From the IMG/VR virus record IMGVR_UViG_3300037808_000364, positions 1 to 64,000 of that record: a stretch of 64,000 nt of DNA, one strand, 5' to 3'. Below are positions 57,456 through 64,000 of the stretch, piece by piece; position 1 is the first letter of the stretch, and every line of letters begins with the position of its first letter. Made by a program: the position numbers and the translations under genes. The notes under the pieces were generated by a model. The model was not told the origin of the DNA. It saw nothing but the letters and a program-made list of their open reading frames with translations, and searched no databases. Origin of the DNA: a virus.

Positions 57456-60400
57456 TTAGTGAGTTTGTCCCATTAGCATTTTAACGGCGTCTCCAAAGAG
57501 ATTGGCTGTGATTATGGGGCAGTCGAAGTAGTTTCGTGTTGAGGCTAGGGCTTTTATTTCGTCGAGGGATAGGGCACGGTCCCAGACGTAAACGTCATCG
57601 ATATCACCATCAAAATACCTACTGGCTTGTGGTCCTGAATTATTGAAATTTATATTCCCAATATAATCGTTCCCATTTGCCACTACTCCACCAGAACAAG
57701 AGTGACTATCTATCGTCCCTACTTGAACTCCGTCCAAATACCGCGTGATATTAGAGGCGTCAACTACAGCCGCAACAAAAGACCAGGAACCTGTTGGAAC
57801 TACTGTTCCGTCATTAGTAGAATCGCCGCAAAGGGTGCTTCCGTCTCCAAATTGCACATCAATTGAGCCTGCCGGACTTGCCCTGAGGAACATGTAGTAA
57901 GATTCAGTGGCTGCACTGTTAGAGTTGCCGAATATGTATCCATTGTTGGTAAATGAATCTGGCCTAACCCACGCAGCTAACGTAAATGTAGAAGCCCCAT
58001 CCAGTATTTTTGCACCAAAGAGGGCATAGTCATCACTCCCATCAAAGTCCAACGCCCTCGTACCACCCTCACTCGTATCAGCAACCCAGTCGCCAGTCGT
58101 CATATTTGTAAGTGTTCCGACATTACCATTCCCGCTGAAATCCATAGCGTTCAGAGTTGCATTGCCCCAATCATCATAACTGGGTACTATTGATAGGACT
58201 GAGCCTTTAGTGTTTGGGACTTCAACTTCAGCTTCTGATGCGAGGAATGCGACTTCGGCAGCGGTGAGGGCACGGTCGAAGACGCGACAATCTTTCATAG
58301 AGCCACGGAAAGGGATTGTATTGATCCTCGACGCCCCAAAGTTATTGTATGTAGGACTTCCAGAAGTTACGGCGAATGTTCCAATAGAAGAGTCTGATCC
58401 AACAAGCACCCCATTGACATACAAATCGAACCTATCACTTTCAGTAGCCGTCACAGCTATATGTATCCAATCGGTGACAGTGTAGGCGTCTGTAGTTACT
58501 GCCGTTGAGCCTGACGCATGGACTAACCCCTGTATCCGGTTGGCAGTTCCCCCCTGGTTTACTATCAGCGATATGAAGACATCGTTCGTGTTGTATGCGA
58601 ACGCTCTGTATTCTGCGGCTGTGTCGTCGGCTTTACACCAAAGCGAAACTGATAGGTCTGTCACACCAGTGGGCAACGTCTGATCGGGGAAGTTCACATA
58701 GTCATCCACCCCGTCAAAAACGATCTCATCACTCTCACCGACATAAGCCCCATTGGTCAGAGTGCCATGGTTTCCGTTGCCGGATTCATCGCTGATATCG
58801 TTGTTGTAGAGGGTGTTAATCTGAGCCGTAGTGGACCCTGTTTGCATAATCCTGATGTCGTCCACTTCGCCGTCTACTCGGTTTGCAGAATGATTCGCTG
58901 CGTACTTCCCTATCAATAGTGGGTTCACCGTGTTGCCAATTGTTGCTGATGAGGTAGCTGATCCAAACTGAACCCCATCCATCCACCCAGACACTGCTGT
59001 GCCAACTCTAGTAATCAGAAAATGATACCATTGACCTGTATTCAATGCTGTAAGTGATACGAGATTGTCTTGCAGAACGAATGAACCATTTGAGGTCAGC
59101 GTAAATCCACGACCCGTCCCGAACTCCACCCAAAATCCAAAGTTTGCATTGGAATCTGTAGTTGTTGATATGACGTTTTGGTAGTTAATGTAAGAATTAA
59201 ATTTAACCCTGACAGATATGGTGAAATCACCAGCAAACGTCCAGTCGGTTTCGGGGACGGAGATGTGATCATCCGTACCATCGAATACGAACTTCCCATC
59301 CGTCACTCCCATACCGCCGTTATAAGTTCCATCATTCCCCATCGGACTCTGATCGGTCACGCCCGTTTTACCATCCAGTTGAAGGACAGTATCCGGCAGT
59401 ACACCTACATCGTGGCGGGACATGTTCAATGCAAGGACTTCGCCGCCGAGTAATCCGACTGGGCGATAACCTCTGACGCCTTTGTTGTACTGGAGGGCTA
59501 CTTCGCCTGCTGAGAGGGCACGGTCGAGGATTCGGATGTCGTCAAGTTCGCCGTCTAAATACCCGCCTCCGCCTCGGCTACCGTCGCCGATAAGTGAGTC
59601 TAAGGCGGCGTTGACACGTGATGTTTGACTCACTGAACCCTCTAATACTCCATTCACATATAAATCCCGCGTAACCCCATCGTAGACACAGCACACGTGA
59701 TACCACGTGTCCGCAACGGCCACCGTAGTGGAATAGGTAGCAGCGTAACCGTCTATTTCAAATCGGAATTTGTTGTTATTACTTAGCCATAGCAGTGAAC
59801 CAGAAAGACTATGCCACTGGTCAACGATTCCCTGATAGGAGGATGTGACGACATCAAACTTGACCCAGCATGACACTGAGAACGAACCAGTACCCGAGAT
59901 TACTTCCCCGCAGTCGATATAGTCATCCGTACCATTAAACACGAATTCCGTATCAGTAGAATTCGCCGCGATATCGGTCCCAGTGAACGTCCCGTAGTTC
60001 CCGTGGTTCGATAAATCGCGTTCGCCCGAATCGGCTTGCAGGTGCAGTACCGTATCGGCTATCTGGCGTGTCGGTAATGCTGGCTCGTAGCCGGGAACAC
60101 CTTCGTAGAGGGTGAGGACTTGTGCGGCGGTGATGGCTACATCAAACATTCGGAAGTCTCTGATGGAGCCGTTTAAGTAAAACCCTGTCCCATTTGACGC
60201 TGCACCAATTATACCCTCACCTGTGGGCACATAATACGTCTGAGACCCACTGGCTTCTTCCACTCCATCGATGTAGAGCTTAGAAGTCGTTCCGTTGTTT
60301 GTTGCGGCTATGTGGTATTCTGTACCGGCAGAAAGAATGGTTGTTCCATTTATGACGGAAATGTTGTTAAACAACACCCCTACTTTTCCAGAGGCCTCAA

Positions 60401-63400
60401 TTCTAATTTGATGTCCATTCCCCCCAGGAACCAAAGCGTAAGGCAGCACTAGCGAACCTATCGACGCAGGGGTGAGGTGCATTGAAATCGTTATTTCGCT
60501 TGCAGCAGTGGGGGCGGTCACCCGAACATAATCATCCGTCCCATCAAACACATACCGACGACCAACAACCCCCATCCCACCGTTGTATGCCGCTGGATCC
60601 TGCGTTCCACTCTGATCAACTAATCCCGTCTCGGGTCTCAGGTGCAAGACAGTCCCAGCGATATCTGGACGGGCAGTGGCGTTGAAGAGTTCTCGAATTT
60701 CAGTAACTGTGATGGCCCTTGGGATTATGCGAACGTCTTTGATGGAGCCTGTCCACCATCGGTCTAAGTGAGTGCCGCCAATTTCCAAGTCTCCCGAATT
60801 GGTTCCATAAGCTCCCGCCGCAACACCCGATGCAGTTGCAACCGAAACCGCATCTATATAGGTGGTCAAAGTAGCAGAAACAGCATCGTAAACTCCAGTG
60901 ACAAAATGCCATGCCCCGTCACTGACATCACCACCAGTTGCTGTAGACGTAGCTGAGGCTGCGTTACGTGTTTGCAATCCAATCGCTCCAGCCCCATCTA
61001 TCAACAACATCCACCACGGGTTAACCTGCCCCGCAGTCCCATACCCTTTTACTAAGATTGACGACGCGAAAGGTGGTAGTGCTGTTACCTTTATCCACGC
61101 ACTCGATGTGAAACTTTCACCTGATGCAAACTCACCAACATTTGGAACATTTATGTAGTCTCCCACACCTTCAAACAAGAATGCCTCATCAGTGACACCC
61201 ATCCCTCCTTGATATGTACCATCATTCCCATAGTTCGTCTGATCGGTCACGCCGGTAGAGGCCCTCAGATTGAGGACCGTGTCTTTGAGTTGACGTGTTT
61301 CTGAACAGATTGTCGTAAGAGGTGGAACAACTGGTGCAACTGGTGCAACTAGCAAGGAAGGGTCGAAATAGTTTCGTGTGCTTGCGAGTGCTTTGATTTC
61401 GTCGAGGGATAGGGCACGGTCCCAGACGTAAACGTCATCGAGGTCTGCGTTTGCATATTGTCCGGGAGTGTCGCCCCCTCCCAGCCATAAACCGGCATTC
61501 TGATTCGAAACGGTGTTCAAAGCGGAAGCAAGTAGTACCCCATCAACATACATATCGGTTCCACTGGAAACCCCGTTGCGGAACACAAAGCAAGCATGAT
61601 GCCAGATGTCGTCAGTGTAGGATGAGCCGCTACCTCTCCATGATCCTCCGGTCCAATCATAGAACCCTAGCTCATTACCATTAAAGAATATCCCATATGC
61701 TAATTTCTTAACAATGACGCCTCGATACCCCGCTCCAGCCCCCGCTGTCTTAAACCAAAACGTAACAGTAGGAGAATTAGAATCAGCAGTAGATGAATCA
61801 ACTATATCCACATAATCATTCGTCCCATCAAAATCCAAAGCCCGCGTACCGCCGCTATCCGTATCCGCAATCCAGTCGCCAGTCGTCATGTTTGTAAGTG
61901 TTCCGACATTCCCGCCGCCACTGAAGTCCAGAGCGTTCAGAGTTGCGTTTCCCCAATCGTCATAGCTCGGAACGATTGATAGGGCTGAGCCTTTAGTGTT
62001 TGGGACTTCAACTTCAACTTCTGAACCTAAAAATAGTCTCTCAGCTTCTACTAATGAACGGTCAAACCACCGGACATCCTCCATTGATCCTACTAGTCCA
62101 AACGACGTAGTTTTGTAGCTTCCAAAATACAGAGGAACAGTTCCCCAGTTTGTAGTAGTTGAAATATTAAGAACTACGTGAACCCTTTGATCCACAGGTA
62201 TAGCGTCGAATACGGCATCTCTATTCGGATTATAACCTATATTCACCCCATCTACGTACATACTGTAGTTGGCTCCATTTTGACTGGCAGACGCACTTCC
62301 GTCTAAACCAAGGCCAACGTAGTAAACACTGCTAGACACTAAACAAAACCCAGCAGTACTTGTTCGTGTGATCCACGCAGAGAACGCATAGCTTCCCCAT
62401 ACTGACGTGTTTGGTATGGTTATATTGTCAGTTCCCCCTTCAAATACAATGTCGTTGTTTTCTCCGACATAGACTCCGTTATTCATAGAAGCGTCGTTAC
62501 CGTTTCCGGATTCATCGCTGATGTCGTTGTTGTAGAGTGAGAGGACTTCAGCGGCGGAAAGGGCACGGTCTAGGATTCGGATGTCGTCTACAGTTCCTAT
62601 ATGTGCAGAATTCGTAGAGTTGTCATCTCCCACAGTGACTTGCCCTGTAGGCGTGATTGGGGCAGTCGGCGTCGACGAAAGCACTGAACTGCCGTCTTTG
62701 TAAATCGTTAATGTAGTGCCATCCCATGTGGCTACGATGTGTGTGTCTACTCCTGCTGTGTATGACGAAGCAGAGTCATTCCATGCTACGCCGCCAAACA
62801 GAACAGAGATCCGACCCGTCACGTTTCCACTAGAAGCGATTCCAAACCCATTCGATCCGCCATCACCAACATACAAAGCTAGTCGTCTGTTTGCCGACAG
62901 GTTGTCACTGTTGATTCGAGCAGCAAGTGTCCACGATGTGGGGGTGACGATAGGGCATGAGATATTGTCATCTGTCCCATCAAACACAAACTTGCCGTCT
63001 GTGACCCCCATACCGCCGTTATAAGTTCCATCATTACCCGCAGGACTCTGGTCTGCAATTCCAGTCTTGCCATCCAGTTGCAGTACAGTACCGGGCAACA
63101 CTCCAACATCGTGACGTGATGGATGCAGGGCCAAAACTTCGCCGCCGAGTAATCCAACTGGGCGATAACCTCTGACGCCTTTGTTGAATAGCAGGGCGAT
63201 TTCGCCTGCGGAGAGGGCACGGGAAATTATTCGTGCGTCGTCAATGGAGCCGTCAAATTGCTGAAGTCTTCCCGTACTCCAATAAATATCACCGATGGAT
63301 ATGTTGTCCAGCCCCGTTAGTGCTGACTGCGATGTTGTGTCGGTGGATATCAATGCCCCATCAACGTAGATCGACCGGGAGGCATTAGAGGTAAAGACGG

Positions 63401-64000
63401 CAGCAAGATGATACCAGACGCCTGTACTTAAAGCCCCTCCACTAGCTTGAGCACCGGACGTATCATAATGCTGTGCCACGATGTTGCCTGATTCATACGC
63501 CAAACTTAGGACGTTGGCGTTTGTGTTCCCGGCGTTTAACGTGATAATCCGTCTAATGCCAGACCAGCTATCAGCCTTCACCCATGCGGAAAACGTACAC
63601 CCAACGTCGGTGACTGCTGCCGGGCAGTCGACATAATCATCCGTCCCATTAAACACGAATTCAGTATCCGTGCTGTCCGCTGCAACATTGGTTCCCGTGA
63701 ACGTCCCATAGTTGCAGTGGTTGCTCAAATCCCGCTCACCACTTGCAGCCTCAAGATGCAGAACCGTACCAGGAATCTGTCTCACTGGTAGAGGGGGTTC
63801 ATAGCCGGGAACACCTTCGTAGAGGGATAAGACTTGTGCGGCGGTGAGTTCTACATTGAACACCCTAACTTCGCCTACAGCTCCCGTAAAATATCTCGCG
63901 GGGCTGTTGTTGCCGCCTATCGTAAGTGGACTCGATGGGTTCGATCCTATTGCACCCGGCCCACCTCCTGATTCAGTTAGGGCAACGCTCACCCCGTTCA
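57456..64000 (-). CDS. Poly-LamG (concanavalin A-like) fibre/adhesin, 5'-truncated; 10 complete domains plus part of an 11th
   Basis: Repeated DxSxxGNxGT...FDGxDDY...WxH...YxDG...IG...GxxDDxRxxxRAL units; frame is open to the window edge. Confidence 0.9.
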   Translation of the reverse strand, partial: NGVSVALTESGGGPGAIGSNPSSPLTIGGNNSPARYFTGAVGEVRVFNVELTAAQVLSLYEGVPGYEPPLPVRQIPGTVLHLEAASGERDLSNHCNYGTFTGTNVAADSTDTEFVFNGTDDYVDCPAAVTDVGCTFSAWVKADSWSGIRRIITLNAGNTNANVLSLAYESGNIVAQHYDTSGAQASGGALSTGVWYHLAAVFTSNASRSIYVDGALISTDTTSQSALTGLDNISIGDIYWSTGRLQQFDGSIDDARIISRALSAGEIALLFNKGVRGYRPVGLLGGEVLALHPSRHDVGVLPGTVLQLDGKTGIADQSPAGNDGTYNGGMGVTDGKFVFDGTDDNISCPIVTPTSWTLAARINSDNLSANRRLALYVGDGGSNGFGIASSGNVTGRISVLFGGVAWNDSASSYTAGVDTHIVATWDGTTLTIYKDGSSVLSSTPTAPITPTGQVTVGDDNSTNSAHIGTVDDIRILDRALSAAEVLSLYNNDISDESGNGNDASMNNGVYVGENNDIVFEGGTDNITIPNTSVWGSYAFSAWITRTSTAGFCLVSSSVYYVGLGLDGSASASQNGANYSMYVDGVNIGYNPNRDAVFDAIPVDQRVHVVLNISTTTNWGTVPLYFGSYKTTSFGLVGSMEDVRWFDRSLVEAERLFLGSEVEVEVPNTKGSALSIVPSYDDWGNATLNALDFSGGGNVGTLTNMTTGDWIADTDSGGTRALDFDGTNDYVDIVDSSTADSNSPTVTFWFKTAGAGAGYRGVIVKKLAYGIFFNGNELGFYDWTGGSWRGSGSSYTDDIWHHACFVFRNGVSSGTDMYVDGVLLASALNTVSNQNAGLWLGGGDTPGQYANADLDDVYVWDRALSLDEIKALASTRNYFDPSLLVAPVAPVVPPLTTICSETRQLKDTVLNLRASTGVTDQTNYGNDGTYQGGMGVTDEAFLFEGVGDYINVPNVGEFASGESFTSSAWIKVTALPPFASSILVKGYGTAGQVNPWWMLLIDGAGAIGLQTRNAASATSTATGGDVSDGAWHFVTGVYDAVSATLTTYIDAVSVATASGVAAGAYGTNSGDLEIGGTHLDRWWTGSIKDVRIIPRAITVTEIRELFNATARPDIAGTVLHLRPETGLVDQSGTQDPAAYNGGMGVVGRRYVFDGTDDYVRVTAPTAASEITISMHLTPASIGSLVLPYALVPGGNGHQIRIEASGKVGVLFNNISVINGTTILSAGTEYHIAATNNGTTSKLYIDGVEEASGSQTYYVPTGEGIIGAASNGTGFYLNGSIRDFRMFDVAITAAQVLTLYEGVPGYEPALPTRQIADTVLHLQADSGERDLSNHGNYGTFTGTDIAANSTDTEFVFNGTDDYIDCGEVISGTGSFSVSCWVKFDVVTSSYQGIVDQWHSLSGSLLWLSNNNKFRFEIDGYAATYSTTVAVADTWYHVCCVYDGVTRDLYVNGVLEGSVSQTSRVNAALDSLIGDGSRGGGGYLDGELDDIRILDRALSAGEVALQYNKGVRGYRPVGLLGGEVLALNMSRHDVGVLPDTVLQLDGKTGVTDQSPMGNDGTYNGGMGVTDGKFVFDGTDDHISVPETDWTFAGDFTISVRVKFNSYINYQNVISTTTDSNANFGFWVEFGTGRGFTLTSNGSFVLQDNLVSLTALNTGQWYHFLITRVGTAVSGWMDGVQFGSATSSATIGNTVNPLLIGKYAANHSANRVDGEVDDIRIMQTGSTTAQINTLYNNDISDESGNGNHGTLTNGAYVGESDEIVFDGVDDYVNFPDQTLPTGVTDLSVSLWCKADDTAAEYRAFAYNTNDVFISLIVNQGGTANRIQGLVHASGSTAVTTDAYTVTDWIHIAVTATESDRFDLYVNGVLVGSDSSIGTFAVTSGSPTYNNFGASRINTIPFRGSMKDCRVFDRALTAAEVAFLASEAEVEVPNTKGSVLSIVPSYDDWGNATLNAMDFSGNGNVGTLTNMTTGDWVADTSEGGTRALDFDGSDDYALFGAKILDGASTFTLAAWVRPDSFTNNGYIFGNSNSAATESYYMFLRASPAGSIDVQFGDGSTLCGDSTNDGTVVPTGSWSFVAAVVDASNITRYLDGVQVGTIDSHSCSGGVVANGNDYIGNINFNNSGPQASRYFDGDIDDVYVWDRALSLDEIKALASTRNYFDCPIITANLFGDAVKMLMGQTH
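57556..57601. repeat. 46-bp exact direct repeat, copy 1 (copy 2 at 61396-61441)
   Basis: ATTTCGTCGAGGGATAGGGCACGGTCCCAGACGTAAACGTCATCGA occurs twice, 3840 bp apart. Confidence 0.92.
58040..58235. repeat. Conserved inter-LamG junction, copy 1 (copy 2 at about 61825-62020)
   Basis: Includes a 32-bp exact match, 58199-58230 = 61985-62016; encodes EVEVPNTKGS.LSIVPSYDDWGNATLNA...ALDFDG. Confidence 0.88.
59270..59525. repeat. Conserved inter-LamG junction, copy 1 (copy 2 at about 62965-63222)
   Basis: Both encode RALSAGE.AL..NKGVRGYRPVGLLGGEVLAL..SRHDVGVLP.TVLQLDGKTG...GNDGTYNGGMGVTDGKFVFDGTDD with high DNA identity. Confidence 0.88.
59920..60132. repeat. Conserved inter-LamG junction, copy 1 (copy 2 at about 63630-63846)
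   Basis: Both encode TAAQVL.LYEGVPGYEP...SGERDLSNH.NYGTFTGT...STDTEFVFNGTDDY. Confidence 0.88.
61396..61441. repeat. 46-bp exact direct repeat, copy 2
   Basis: Identical to 57556-57601. Confidence 0.92.

Larger units (their letters stand above)
1..64000. mobile_element. Segment of a large tailed bacteriophage genome (siphovirus-like; glycan operon plus morphogenesis module)
   Basis: Tape measure, tail tube, adaptor and fibre genes in a co-oriented block; very dense coding with GGAG/GAGG RBSs and overlapping stop/start codons; no host housekeeping genes, integrase or att site seen. Confidence 0.93.

Noticed and set aside
992-63220. Numerous short antisense and alternate-frame ORFs in the track (e.g. 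7659-8051, 12710-12985, 22045-22521, 46758-47201, 52557-52985)
   Set aside because: Fully overlap longer motif-bearing genes and show no recognisable motifs; expected shadow ORFs
57556-63846. CRISPR array
   Set aside because: Repeats are kilobases apart, occur in two copies each and encode protein; no repeat-spacer periodicity or cas genes
57456-64000. Diversity-generating retroelement TR/VR pair
   Set aside because: Repeat differences are mostly synonymous and not adenine-specific, both copies are in-frame coding, and no reverse transcriptase is in the window
1-64000. Alternative genetic code, tRNA or rRNA genes
   Set aside because: Long ORFs tile the window under the standard code using all three stops; intergenic gaps show no cloverleaf or rRNA-like sequence

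Overview
A 64 kb segment of a large, apparently uncultivated tailed dsDNA bacteriophage (standard genetic code, Shine-Dalgarno sites, ATGA/TAATG gene overlaps, no RNA genes seen). Two convergent arms meet at a hairpin terminator near 13,040. The + arm (1-12,993) is a tightly coupled glycan-biosynthesis operon: GT-A/GT2, GT61 and GT9-like transferases, a TylF O-methyltransferase, GDP-fucose synthase, and a PRK-like kinase / class II aldolase / BcbF phosphatase / GDPD-like / tandem BcbE-like nucleotidyltransferase set. It is followed by a DUF559-type endonuclease, an ssDNA-annealing-like protein and a Zn-finger protein. The - arm (64,000 to 13,076) is a siphovirus-like morphogenesis module: a 5'-truncated poly-LamG fibre, adaptor, fibres, closure, terminator, a duplicated-domain tail tube, three chaperone-position genes, a 2060-aa tape measure protein, a 4153-aa FG-GAP/LamG protein and tail-tip proteins. 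A TGTGTATA(A/T)T motif recurs upstream of several of these genes. The most interesting signals are: (1) strong Ser-Gly enrichment in many virion proteins next to the glycan operon, a candidate sequon-directed virion glycosylation system; (2) a PD-(D/E)xK-like cargo domain bracketed by DTVPAMLTPGEFV modules in the tape measure protein; (3) a six-LamG super-repeat with conserved DNA junctions and unrelated cores; (4) paralogous chaperone genes apparently replacing the G/GT frameshift. All family calls come from motif recognition by eye, not database searches, and counts are approximate hand counts.
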